DNA of 64,000 bases from contig NW_027266265.1 of NCBI RefSeq assembly GCF_022045235.1, positions 36,766,001 through 36,830,000 on the forward strand, given 5' to 3'. This stretch comes from Haliotis cracherodii (lineage: Eukaryota). Shown one piece after another: positions 26,329-40,300 of this stretch; the stretch's first letter is position 1, and the number at the start of each line of letters is the position of its first letter. The position numbers were made by a program, and so were the translations under genes. The notes beneath the pieces were generated by a model. It saw nothing but the letters and a program-made list of their open reading frames with translations. It was not told where the DNA came from and ran no database searches.

Positions 26329-26982
26329 TAAATGATATAGGTTAAACGTTGAGTATCGAGGACTGTTTGAAATGCAGTTAGACGATTCCAGAGAGAGTGT
26401 CTCTGTTTGCCACCTTTATATACGTTGTCTTGTACTTCCTTAATCGATGTTTCATGAATACCAGCTCGCATGTGTACCCGTAGGGTGATAACCTCGGGCC
26501 CTTTGATGCGAAAAGAATGCTTACTTTACACCATTAAGCTGAGGTGCGTTACTTACCTGGAAGTGGCCAGCCCAAGGTAAATCAATCACGTATAATTCAC
26601 AAATGGTATATATAAAGGACGGGGGAAACTGTTCCATCATCTCTTATCTTCACCTTCCGTTGAGACACAGATACGAGTAAAGACCAAACTGCAAGTACTA
26701 TTTTAAGCTTTGCTTGTGATATATATGTATACTTTTAATTTTTGATTCATCTGCTGCGCATCTGGCTGCTTTTAACCTTCATGTTGAGCCAATTTATAAA
26801 AGTACGAATATGTAACATAAAGCGTTCTTGTAAATTGGGAAATATATGAATGCGGGTGAAATTAAAACTGATAACATAATTCACAATGAGTGGTGTGAAC
26901 TGAATTTACCAGATGAGTAACGATAACATGCTATTTTACCTTTCTTGACAATGATTTTCACGTTACTCAATAGATACTCAAA

Positions 26983-27569
26983 ATGATGAAGATAGTCGCC
27001 GCTCTTGTTGCCTGCCTGGCTGTTACCGCCTTTGCCGAGCCTACCGGTCTGTATGGTGGAATTGGCGGGTTGAAAGGAGGACTGGGCGGAATTGGCTACG
27101 GAATGGGTGGATTGTACGGAGGCCTTGGAGGTCTTGGAGGCTATGGAGGTCTGTACGGAGGCATGGGAGGTCTATACGGAGGCATGGGAGGTCTATACGG
27201 AGGCAAATACGGATACGGCATGGGAGGTCTGTACGGAGGACTTGGAGGCTATGGTGGTCTCTACGGAATGGGAGGATACGGAATTGGATTGGGAAAAGGT
27301 ATTTCACAAAATATGATATCGTTTGTTTATCGTATCCGTAAATATACCTCCAGTCTCGTTTGCAAAATTGTATAATTTACCTATGTGGTATTACTATTTT
27401 CCGCGACAAAGCTGATGACATTTACAAAACATCTTTAAAACTATTCTCTGCTTTCTCTAATATTTGGTATAATTTATCATGCAGCTAGTTTCAAGACTTC
27501 GTTGTGACTTATCCATACATCCCAACTTTATTCTACTATTTTTTTGTTTCAGGTATCGGCTATTATTGA
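26983..27569 (+). CDS. Gly/Tyr-rich secreted protein copy 7, 110 aa; join(26983..27298,27553..27569)
   Basis: As copy 3. Confidence 0.88.
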
Positions 27570-29513
27570 GTTATTATCACCTGCAGTGTGATGCTGGCTA
27601 TTTATGTATTTTCTCAAACCAATGGAATTGGTTCAATAAAATCTTGTCATATTTATTTACGCCTTGAAATTTGTTTGAAAATCTTAATCTGAATTGAATG
27701 TTCACAATGGAAGAGTGATCTATGTTTCTCCATATTGTAAACTGTGGACATAGTACGTGTTGTCGACCAATATCCAAGCACACTTCAATGATATTGCGTT
27801 TTACTGCTAGCTGAGATATCAACTACTGAAATGTGCTATTAAGTTCCTGAGGAAACCGGACATGATGATAAGAGGAGGGATTTTATGCTTGATATATCTC
27901 CCACAAAATGTCACTTACCCGAGTTCATGTTTCACGGAATATATCATTTGGGCTGCCAGAAAAGGGTTTGATAGCCATTTAAGTACCATAATATCTTGAA
28001 TTGGCTGTCTGTATTTCAATTTGCATTTTAAAAATATGCAGCGAAACAAATAAGCAGGCGTGTCAATTTTTGTCAAAGCAGTCATTGACGATATCAAGGG
28101 GTAGACAGTGTGCACTGTATTGAAATGCAAATGTGTGCGCTGTCCTTGAAAATGAGCGATAGTTGTATTCAGAATACAATCTACATGTTGTTATGGCTCT
28201 TTGTATAAGTAATATCTGAGCTGCTGCAATAAAACAAACCCGAAAGCCATAGTGATGTAGAGCATCAAAACAAATGTTGCAAGATTCTTACTGCTTGGTT
28301 AGAAGGGAATGCAAACAGTTGGAATTTCCATGACAATAACATATCTTTACAGTTTATCAATTACACAAACAAAACGATTGAATTCAAAAGTAACTATTAA
28401 ATACGCTTGTCCGGGTATAGCTTATCAACCTACGAATTATTTGTAATTTCCATCAAACATGTACTTCTTGATTTGATGATGCAATTTAACATTTTGCATA
28501 CTGCTTATGTAATTAATAGGAGAAGTATCTAAATAGATATTTAGTTGTGTGTTTACTAACCACCTTCCCTGTAGGTGCTATTTGAAAAATACATATTGAT
28601 TAAATCAGACCGCGAATTTGAAGATTCCGAACTGGATTGGTAGGATTGAAGATTACAATGAACAAATAGATAATATATCCCTATTGTTTGACTACAAAGC
28701 AAAAGTGACAATCATTTATCAATACAAAGGAGATTGCATTTGGTAACTGTAGAGAGTGAAATTCAGCGGAATAAATAGTCCAACTTTAAAGCGTGTCATA
28801 AGTCTTTATAACAACAACCAGACTGTAAAAACAAGTCGTTTGATCATGTCTATCTTTGAAAACACCTTTGTGTTATACTTTAAGAGCATTTTCTTCTGAA
28901 AACACACGTCTTTACTTTTAGATGTACGGTTTTTCTGGGCAACCCTTATATAGTTACACATTGTCAAACTGATTTGCGCGTGTTTTATTCTTGGTAAGAG
29001 TTTTGGTCTAAACACGCCTTAAAAGAACACAATAATCACTATCACTACTGCTTCATCATGTCAAGGGCATACGTAAAAGGTAGAGACGATTTATATACTT
29101 TCTTCTAATGTTTACGACCTAATACATTTTAGCACAATCTTGCCTTTTACACCCAATGAAATCTGTTTCAGCAGATAATCGAGCCTGAATATTCTCTGGC
29201 GTTGACGATTTATGTAGTTAAAGGGTCATCACTGAATGATTATTACATCAATATTCAGGCGTTATCTATAGAAATTGAGATATCAAATTTAGTGATGCTC
29301 GTATTATCACAAATTCCTTGATAATGAAGCGTACAATTATCAAGATAATATGTTGAAGATAAGAGAGTTTTCTCAAGAAACGCAGTTGCAAATAAACGCC
29401 ACAAAACCCTTTTCAGAATCATTCGAAAGCTGTGCTCGAAGCAGCAGAGGCCATTGTACGATTCCGACTATAATGATCACAAGCATGTGCGTATGAATGA
29501 CTATCAGATAGTG

Positions 29514-29774
29514 GAGTAGAATAGGTCTTCAGCAACCCATGCTTGCCGTAAAAGGTGGATATATATGCTTGTCGTAAAAGGCGTCTAACGGGATCGGGTG
29601 GTCAGGCTCGCTGACTTGATTGATGCATGTCATCGATCCCAATTGCGTGGATCGATGCTAATGATTTTAATCACTGGATTGTCTGGTCCAGACTCGATTA
29701 TTTACAGACCGCCGTCATATAGCTGGAATATTGTTGAGTGCGGCGTTAAACAACCAACCAACCAACTAACCAAC
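29514..29774 (+). mobile_element. SINE family B, unit 8
   Basis: Array copy of 564..824. Confidence 0.78.
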
Positions 29775-30380
29775 CAGATAGTGATGATACCTGGCGGTTG
29801 CCAAAAAGTAAGCGTATCCTTCCTCATCGGTTCCACCGTCACAAACACATATAAAGACAAGTCAACAAAGACCACAAAACAAGCTGTTGTTCATATGTCA
29901 ATCATGTTTTCAGAAGACATTGGTGTACTTTCGGCTTTTAACAGATACTACACGCATAAAAAGATGTTGTGAGTTTTCATAGTGACAGTCCCTTTGTGAG
30001 AAGAAACCAATATATGTCCCTTTCAGTTAGGAAATAAAGCTGTTGTAGTTTATAGTTAATGTGCAGTAAGATAAATAAAATTCGGGGAGAATAATGTAGT
30101 ATCTGGGGACTTCTGCAGTATATTCAGCAGAGGCTATTTTCTTGTGAGCAGGCTGCTGTATTACACGGAAACGGTTAGCATAGTTGACCCCGTGTGGTAC
30201 AGTGCTACTGCTGTACTGTGGCGAGGCTGTACTGGTGTGTTGCGTCAGTTTTCTGGTCTCTTGTTATGTCGTATCACACAGATGCATTATAATGTCTGAT
30301 GTATGTTGCTCCCAGATATTATATTTACTGGATACACACTTTTCAGACCGTTATCGAATATTTACTTAATAAAGGTTAAA

Positions 30381-30546
30381 GTGAGTGAGTGAGTATGGTT
30401 TTACGCCGCTTTTAGAAATATTCCAGCAATATTACGTCGGGGGACATCAGCAATGGGCTTCACACATTGTACCCATGTCGGAAATCGAACCCGTGTCTTC
30501 GGCGTAACGAGCGAACGCTTTAACCACTAGGCTACCCGACCGCCCC
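30381..30546 (-). mobile_element. SINE family A, unit 8
   Basis: Array copy of 1431..1596. Confidence 0.85.
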
Positions 30547-31200
30547 TAAATAATATAGGTTAAACGTTGAGTATCGAGGACTGTTTGAAATGCAGTTAGA
30601 CGATTCCAGAGAGAGTGTCTCTGTTTGCCACCTTTATATACGTTGTCTTGTACTTCCTTAATCGATGTTTCATGAATACCAGCTCGCATGTGTACCCGTA
30701 GGGTGATAACCTCGGGCCCTTTGATGCGAAAAGAATGCTTACTTTACACCATTAAGCTGAGGTGCGTTACTTATCTGGAAGTGGCCAGCCCAAGGTAAAT
30801 CAATCACGTATAATTCACAAATGGTATATATAAAGGACGGGGGAAACTGTTCCATCATCTCTTATCTTCACCTTCCGTTGAGACACAGATACGAGTAAAG
30901 ACCAAACTGCAAGTACTATTTTAAGCTTTGCTTGTGATATATATGTATACTTTTAATTTTTGATTCATCTGCTGCGCATCTGGCTGTTTTTAACCTTCAT
31001 GTTGAGCCAATTTATAAAAGTACGAATATGTAACATAAAACGTTCTTGTAAATTGGGAAATATATGAATGCGGGTGAAATTAAAACTGATAACATAATTC
31101 ACAATGAGTGGTGTGAACTGAATTTACCAGATGAGTAACGATAACATGCTATTTTACCTTTCTTGACAATGATTTTCACGTTACTCAATAGATACTCAAA

Positions 31201-31808
31201 ATGATGAAGATAGTCGCCGCTCTTGTTGCCTGCCTGGCTGTTACCGCCTTTGCCGAGCCTACCGGTCTGTATGGTGGAATTGGCGGGTTGAAAGGAGGAC
31301 TGGGCGGAATTGGCTACGGAATGGGTGGATTGTACGGAGGCCTTGGAGGTCTTGGAGGCTATGGAGGTCTGTACGGAGGCATGGGAGGTCTATACGGAGG
31401 CATGGGAGGTCTATACGGAGGCATGGGAGGTCTATACGGAGGCAAATACGGATACGGCATGGGAGGTCTGTACGGAGGACTTGGAGGCTATGGTGGTCTC
31501 TACGGAATGGGAGGATACGGAATTGGATTGGGAAAAGGTATTTCACAAAATATGATATCGTTTGTTTATCGTATCCGTAAATATACCTCCAGTCTCGTTT
31601 GCAAAATTGTATAATTTACCTATGTGGTATTACTATTTTCCGCGACAAAGGTGGTGATATTTACAAAAAATATTTAAAACTATTCTCTGCTTTCTCTAAT
31701 ATTTGGTATAATTTATCATGCAGCTAGTTTCAAGACTTCGTTGTGACTTATCCATACATCCCAACTTTATTCTACTATTTTTTTGTTTCAGGTATCGGCT
31801 ATTATTGA
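31201..31808 (+). CDS. Gly/Tyr-rich secreted protein copy 8, 117 aa; join(31201..31537,31792..31808)
   Basis: As copy 1. Confidence 0.88.
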
Positions 31809-33757
31809 GTTATTATCACCTGCAGTGTGATGCTGGCTATTTATGTATTTTCTCAAACCAATGGAATTGGTTCAATAAAATCTTGTCATATTTATTTACG
31901 CCTTGAAATTTGTTTGAAAATCTTAATCTGAATTGAATGTTCACAATGGAAGAGTGATCTATGTTTCTCCATATTGTAAACTGTGGACATAGTACGTGTT
32001 GTCGACCAATATCCAAGCACACTTCAATGATATTGCGTTTTACTGCTAGCTGAGATATCAACTACTGAAATGTGCTATTAAGTTCCTGAGGAAACCGGAC
32101 ATGATGATAAGAGGAGGGATTTTATGCTTGATATATCTCCCACAAAATGTCACTTACCCGAGTTCATGTTTCACGGAATATATCATTTGGGCTGCCAGAA
32201 AAGGGTTTGATAGCCATTTAAGTACCATAATATCTTGAATTGGCTGTCTGTATTTCAATTTGCATTTTAAAAACATGCAGCGAAACAAATAAGCAGGCGT
32301 GTCAATTTTTGTCAAAGCAGTCATTGACGATATCAAGGGGTAGACAGTGTGCACTGTATTGAAATGCAAATGTGTGCGCTGTCCTTGAAAATGAGCGATA
32401 GTTGTATTCAGAATACAATCTACATGTTGTTATGGCTCTTTGTATAAGTAATATCTGAGCTGCTGCAATAAAACAAACCCGAAAGCCATAGTGATGTAGA
32501 GCATCAAAACAAATGTTGCAAGATTCTTACTGCTTGGTTAGAAGGGAATGCAAACAGTTGGAATTTCCATGACAATAACATATCTTTACAGTTTATCAAT
32601 TACACAAACAAAACGATTGAATTCAAAAGTAACTATTAAATACGCTTGTCCGGGTATAGCTTATCAACCTACGAATTATTTGTAATTTCCATCAAACATG
32701 TACTTCTTGATTTGATGATGCAATTTAACATTTTGCATACTGCTTATGTAATTAATAGGAGAAGTATCTATATAGATATTTAGTTGTGTGTTTACTAACC
32801 ACCTTCCCTGTAGGTGCTATTTGAAAAATACATATTGATTAAATCAGACCGCGAATTTGAAGATTCCGAACTGGATTGGTAGGATTGAAGATTACAATGA
32901 ACAAACAAATAGATAATATATCCCTATTGTTTGACTACAAAGCAAAAGTGACAATCATTTATCAATACAAAGGAGATTGCATTTGGTAACTGTAGAGAGT
33001 GAAATTCAGCGGAATAAATAGTCCAACTTTAAAGCGTGTCATAAGTCTTTATAACAACAACCAGACTGTAAAAACAAGTCGTTTGATCATGTCTATCTTT
33101 GAAAACACCTTTGTGTTATACTTTAAGAGCATTTTCTTCTGAAAACACACGTCTTTACTTTTAGATGTACGGTTTTTCTGGGCAACCCTTATATAGTTAC
33201 ACATTGTCAAACTGATTTGCGCATGTTTTATTCTTGGTAAGAGTTTTGGTCTAAACACACCTTAAAAGAACACAATAATCACTATCACTACCGCTTCATC
33301 ATGTCAAGGGCATACGTAAAGGGTAGAGACGATTTATATACTTTCTTCTAATGTTTACGACCTAATACATTTTAGCACAATCTTGCCTTTTACACCCAAA
33401 TGAAATCTGTTTCAGCAGATAATCGAGCCTGAATATTCTCTGGCGTTGACGATTTATGTAGTTAAAGGGTCATCACTGAATGATTATTATATCAATATTC
33501 AGGCGTTATCTATAGAAATTGAGATATCAAATTTAGTGATGCTCGTATTATCACAAATTCCTTGATAATGAAGCGTACAATTATCAAGATAATATGTTGA
33601 AGATAAGAGAGTTTTCTCAAGAAACGCAGTTGCAAATAAACGCCACAAAACCCTTTTCAGAATCATTCGAAAGCTGTGCTCGAAGCAGCAGAGGCCATTG
33701 TACGATTCCGACTATAATGATCACAAGCATGTGCGTATGAATGACTATCAGATAGTG

Positions 33758-34018
33758 GAGTAGAATAGGTCTTCAGCAACCCATGCTTGCCGTAAAAGGT
33801 GGATATATATGCTTGTCGTAAAAGGCGTCTAACGGGATCGGGTGGTCAGGCTCGCGGACTTGATTGATGCATGTCATCGATCCCAATTGCGTGGATCGAT
33901 GCTAATGATTTTAATCACTGGATTGTCTGGTCCAGACTCGATTATTTACAGACCGCCGTCATATAGCTGGAATATTGTTGAGTGCGGCGTTAAACAACCA
34001 ACCAACCAACTAACCAAC
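33758..34018 (+). mobile_element. SINE family B, unit 9
   Basis: Array copy of 564..824. Confidence 0.78.
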
Positions 34019-34624
34019 CAGATAGTGATGATACCTGGCGGTTGCCAAAAAGTAAGCGTATCCTTCCTCATCGGTTCCACCGTCACAAACACATATAAAG
34101 ACAAGTCAACAAAGACCACAAAACAAGCTGTTGTTCATATGTCAATCATGTTTTCAGAAGACATTGGTGTACTTTCGGCTTTTAACAGATACTACACGCA
34201 TAAAAAGATGTTGTGAGTTTTCATAGTGACAGTCCCTTTGTGAGAAGAAACCAATATATGTCCCTTTCAGTTAGGAAATAAAGCTGTTGTAGTTTATAGT
34301 TAATGTGCAGTAAGATAAATAAAATTCGGGGAGAATAATGTAGTATCTGGGGACTTCTGCAGTATATTCAGCAGAGGCTATTTTCTTGTGAGCAGGCTGC
34401 TGTATTACACGGAAACGGTTAGCATAGTTGACCCCGTGTGGTACAGTGCTACTGCTGTACTGTGGCGAGGCTGTACTGGTGTGTTGCGTCAGTTTTCTGG
34501 TCTCTTGTTATGTCGTATCACACAGATGCATTATAATGTCTGATGTATGTTGCTCCCACATCATATATTTACTGGATACACACTTTTCAGACCATTATCG
34601 AATATTTACTTAATAAAGGTTAAA

Positions 34625-34796
34625 GTGAGTGAGTGAGTATGGTTTTACGCCGCTTTTAGAAATATTCCAGCAATATTACGGCGGGGGACATCAGCAATGG
34701 GCTTCACACATTGTACCCATGTCGGAAATCGAACCCGTGTCTTCGGCGTAACGAGCGAACGCTTTAACCACTAGGCTATAGCTACCCGACCGCCCC
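34625..34796 (-). mobile_element. SINE family A, unit 9
   Basis: Array copy with a 6-bp insertion (GGCTATAGCTACCC). Confidence 0.85.
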
Positions 34797-35450
34797 TAAA
34801 TAATATAGGTTAAACGTTGAGTATCGAGGACTGTTTGAAATGCAGTTAGACGATTCCAGAGAGAGTGTCTCTGTTTGCCACCTTGATATACGTTGTCTTG
34901 TACTTCCTTAATCGATGTTTCATGAATACCAGCTCGCATGTGTACCCGTAGGGTGATAACCTCGGGCCCTTTGATGCGAAAAGAATGCTTACTTTACACC
35001 ATTAAGCTGAGGTGCGTTACTTACCTGGAAGTGGCCAGCCCAAGGTAAATCAATCACGTATAATTCACAAATGGTATATATAAAGGACGGGGGAAACTGT
35101 TCCATCATCTCTTATCTTCACCTTCCGTTGAGACACAGATACGAGTAAAGACCAAACTGCAAGCACTATTTTAAGCTTTGCTTGTGATATATATGTATAC
35201 TTTTAATTTTTGATTCATCTGCTGCGCATCTGGCTGTTTTTAACCTTCATGTTGAGCCAATTTATAAAAGTACGAATATGTAACATGAAACGTTCTTGTA
35301 AATTGGGAAATATATGAATGCGGGTGAAATTAAAACTGATAACATAATTCACAATGAGTGGTGTGAACTGAATTTACCAGATGAGTAACGATAACATGCT
35401 ATTTTACCTTTCTTGACAATGATTTTCACGTTACTCAATAGATACTCAAA

Positions 35451-36058
35451 ATGATGAAGATAGTCGCCGCTCTTGTTGCCTGCCTGGCTGTTACCGCCTT
35501 TGCCGAGCCTACCGGTCTGTATGGTGGAATTGGCGGGTTGAAAGGAGGACTGGGCGGAATTGGCTACGGAATGGGTGGATTGTACGGAGGCCTTGGAGGT
35601 CTTGGAGGCTATGGAGGTCTGTACGGAGGCATGGGAGGTCTATACGGAGGCATGGGAGGTCTATACGGAGGCATGGGAGGTCTATACGGAGGCAAATACG
35701 GATACGGCATGGGAGGTCTGTACGGAGGACTTGGAGGCTATGGTGGTCTCTACGGAATGGGAGGATACGGAATTGGATTGGGAAAAGGTATTTCACAAAA
35801 TATGATATCGTTTGTTTATCGTATCCGTAAATATACCTCCAGTCTCGTTTGCAAAATTGTATAATTTACCTATGTGGTATTACTATTTTCCGCGACAAAG
35901 CTGATGACATTTACAAAACATCTTTAAAACTATTCTCTGCTTTCTCTAATATTTGATATAATTTATCATGCAGCTAGTTTCAAGACTTCGTTGTGACTTA
36001 TCCATACATCCCAACTTTATTCTACTATTTTTTTGTTTCAGGTATCGGCTATTATTGA
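35451..36058 (+). CDS. Gly/Tyr-rich secreted protein copy 9, 117 aa; join(35451..35787,36042..36058)
   Basis: As copy 1, with T>C at 35164 in a candidate intron-1 donor. Confidence 0.86.
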
Positions 36059-38006
36059 GTTATTATCACCTGCAGTGTGATGCTGGCTATTTATGTATTT
36101 TCTCAAACCAATGGAATTGGTTCAATAAAATCTTGTCATATTTATTTACGCCTTGAAATTTGTTTGAAAATCTTAATCTGAATTGAATGTTCACAATGGA
36201 AGAGTGATCTATGTTTCTCCATATTGTAAACTGTGGACATAGTACGTGTTGTCGACCAATATCCAAGCACACTTCAATGATATTGCGTTTTACTGCTAGC
36301 TGAGATATCAACTACTGAAATGTGCTATTAAGTTCCTGAGGAAACCGGACATGATGATAAGAGGAGGGATTTTATGCTTGATATATCTCCCACAAAATGT
36401 CACTTACCCGAGTTCATGTTTCACGGAATATATCATTTGGGCTGCCAGAAAAGGGTTTGATAGCCATTTAAGTACCATAATATCTTGAATTGGCTGTCTG
36501 TATTTCAATTTGCATTTTAAAAATATGCAGCGAAACAAATAAGCAGGCGTGTCAATTTTTGTCAAAGCAGTCATTGACGATATCAAGGGGTAGACAGTGT
36601 GCACTGTATTGAAATGCAAATGTGTGCGCTGTCCTTGAAAATGAGCGATAGTTGTATTCAGAATACAATCTACATGTTGTTATGGCTCTTTGTATAAGTA
36701 ATATCTGAGCTGCTGCAATAAAACAAACCCGAAAGCCATAGTGATGTAGAGCATCAAAACAAATGTTGCAAGATTCTTACTGCTTGGTTAGAAGGGAATG
36801 CAAACAGTTGGAATTTCCATGACAATAACATATCTTTACAGTTTATCAATTACACAAACAAAACGATTGAATTCAAAAGTAACTATTAAATACGCTTGTC
36901 CGGGTATAGCTTATCAACCTACGAATTATTTGTAATTTCCATCAAACATGTACTTCTTGATTTGATGATGCAATTTAACATTTTGCATACTGCTTATGTA
37001 ATTAATAGGAGAAGTATCTATATAGATATTTAGTTGTGAGTTTACTAACCACCTTCCCTGTAGGTGCTATTTGAAAAATACATATTGATTAAATCAGACC
37101 GCGAATTTGAAGATTCCGAACTGGATTGGTAGGATTGAAGATTACAATGAACAAACAAATAGCTAATATATCCCTATTGTTTGACTACAAAGCAAAAGTG
37201 ACAATCATTTATCAATACAAAGGAGATTGCATTTGGTAACTGTAGAGAGTGAAATTCAGCGGAATAAATAGTCCAACTTTAAAGCGTGTCATAAGTCTTT
37301 ATAACAACAACCAGACTGTAAAAACAAGTCGTTTGATCATGTCTATCTTTGAAAACACCTTTGTGTTATACTTTAAGAGCATTTTCTTCTGAAAACACAC
37401 GTCTTTACTTTTAGATGTACGGTTTTTCTGGGCAACCCTTATATAGTTACACATTGTCAAACTGATTTGCGCGTGTTTTATTCTTGGTAAGAGTTTTGGT
37501 CTAAACACGCCTTAAAAGAACACAATCATCACTATCACTACTGCTTCATCATGTCAAGGGCATACGTAAAAGGTAGAGACGATTTATATACTTTCTTCTA
37601 ATGTTTACGACCTAATACATTTTAGCACAATCTTGCCTTTTACACCCAATGAAATCTGTTTCAGCAGATAATCGAGCCTGAATATTCTCTGGCGTTGACG
37701 ATTTATGTAGTTAAAGGGTCATCACTGAATGATTATTATATCAATATTCAGGCGTTATCTATAGAAATTGAAATATCAAATTTAGTGATGCTCGTATTAT
37801 CACAAATTCCTTGATAATGAAGCGTACAATTATCAAGATAATATGTTGAAGATAAGAGAGTTTTCTCAAGAAACGCAGTTGCAAATAAACGCCACAAAAC
37901 CCTTTTCAGAATCATTCGAAAGCTGTGCTCGAAGCAGCAGAGGCCATTGTACGATTCCGACTATAATGATCACAAGCATGTGCGTATGAATGACTATCAG
38001 ATAGTG

Positions 38007-38267
38007 GAGTAGAATAGGTCTTCAGCAACCCATGCTTGCCGTAAAAGGTGGATATATATGCTTGTCGTAAAAGGCGTCTAACGGTATCGGGTGGTCAGGC
38101 TCGCTGACTTGGTTGATGCATGTCATCGATCCCAATTGCGTGGATCGATGCTAATGATTTTAATCACTGGATTGTCTGGTCCAGACTCGATTATTTACAG
38201 ACCGCCGTCATATAGCTGGAATATTGTTGAGTGCGGCGTTAAACAACCAACCAACCAACTAACCAAC
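38007..38267 (+). mobile_element. SINE family B, unit 10
   Basis: Array copy of 564..824. Confidence 0.78.
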
Positions 38268-38873
38268 CAGATAGTGATGATACCTGGCGGTTGCCAAAAA
38301 GTAAGCGTATCCTTCCTCATCGGTTCCACCGTCACAAACACATATAAAGACAAGTCAACAAAGACCACAAAACAAGCTGTTGTTCATATGTCAATCATGT
38401 TTTCAGAAGACATTGGTGTACTTTCGGCTTTTAACAGATACTACACGCATAAAAAGATGTTGTGAGTTTTCATAGTGACAGTCCCTTTGTGAGAAGAAAC
38501 CAATATATGTCCCTTTCAGTTAGGAAATAAAGCTGTTGTAGTTTATAGTTAATGTGCAGTAAGATAAATAAAATTCGGGGAGAATAATGTAGTATCTGGG
38601 GACTTCTGCAGTATATTCAGCAGAAGCTATTTTCTTGTGAGCAGGCTGCTGTATTACACGGAAACGGTTAGCATAGTTGACCCCGTGTGGTACAGTGCTA
38701 CTGCTGTACTGTGGCGAGGCTGTACTGGTGTGTTGCGTCAGTTTTCTGGTCTCTTGTTATGTCGTATCACACAGATGCATTATAATGTCTGATGTATGTT
38801 GCTCCCACATCATATATTTGCTGGATACACACTTTTCAGACCATTATCGAATATTTACTTAATAAAGGTTAAA

Positions 38874-39039
38874 GTGAGTGAGTGAGTATGGTTTTACGCC
38901 GCTTTTAGCAATATTCCAGCAATATCACGGCGGGGGACATCAGCAATGGGCTTCACACATTGTACCCATGTCGGAAATCGAACCCGTGTCTTCGGCGTAA
39001 CGAGCGAACGCTTTAACCACTAGGCTACCCGACCGCCCC
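38874..39039 (-). mobile_element. SINE family A, unit 10
   Basis: Array copy of 1431..1596. Confidence 0.85.
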
Positions 39040-39692
39040 TAAATGATATAGGTTAAACGTTGAGTATCGAGGACTGTTTGAAATGCAGTTAGACGATTCC
39101 AGAGAGAGTGTCTCTGTTTGCCACCTTTTTATACGTTGTCTTGTACTTCCTTAATCGATGTTCATGAATACCAGCTCGCATGTGTACCCGTAGGGTGATA
39201 ACCTCGGGCCCTTTGATGTGAAAAGAATGCTTACTGTACACCATTAAGCTGAGGTGCGTTACTTACCTGGAAGTGGCCAGCCCAAGGTAAATCAATCACG
39301 TATAATTCACAAATGGTATATATAAAGGACGGGGGAAACTGTTCCATCATCTCTTATCTTCACCTTCCGTTGAGACACAGATACGAGTAAAGACCAAACT
39401 GCAAGTACTATTTTAAGCTTTGCTTGTGATATATATGTATACTTTTAATTTTTGATTCATCTGTTGCGCATCTGGCTGTTTTTAATCTTCATGTTGAGCC
39501 AATTTATAAAAGTACGAATATGTAACATAAAACGTTCTTGTAAATTGGGAAATATATGAATGCGGGTGAAATTAAAACTGATAACATAATTCACAATGAG
39601 TGGTGTGAACTGAATTTACCAGATGAGTAACGATAACATGCTATTTTACCTTTCTTGACAATGATTTTCACGTTACTCAATAGATACTCAAA

Positions 39693-40300
39693 ATGATGAA
39701 GATAGTCGCCGCTCTTGTTGCCTGCCTGGCTGTTACCGCCTTTGCCGAGCCTACCGGTCTGTATGGTGGAATTGGCGGGTTGAAAGGAGGACTGGGCGGA
39801 ATTGGCTACGGAATGGGTGGATTGTACGGAGGCCTTGGAGGTCTTGGAGGCTATGGAGGTCTGTACGGAGGCATGGGAGGTCTATACGGAGGCATGGGAG
39901 GTCTATACGGAGGCATGGGAGGTCTATACGGAGGCAAATACGGATACGGCATGGGAGGTCTGTACGGAGGACTTGGAGGCTATGGTGGTCTCTACGGAAT
40001 GGGAGGATACGGAATTGGATTGGGAAAAGGTATTTCACAAAATATGATATCGTTTGTTTATCGTATCCGTAAATATACCTCCAGTCTCGTTTGCAAAATT
40101 GTATAATTTACCTATGTGGTATTACTATTTTCCGCGACAAAGCTGATGACATTTACAAAACATCTTTAAAACTATTCTCTGCTTTCTCTAATATTTGGTA
40201 TAATTTATCATGCAGCTAGTTTCAAGACTTCGTTGTGACTTATCCATACATCCCAACTTTATTCTACTATTTTTTTGTTTCAGGTATCGGCTATTATTGA
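39693..40300 (+). CDS. Gly/Tyr-rich secreted protein copy 10, 117 aa; join(39693..40029,40284..40300)
   Basis: As copy 1. Confidence 0.88.
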
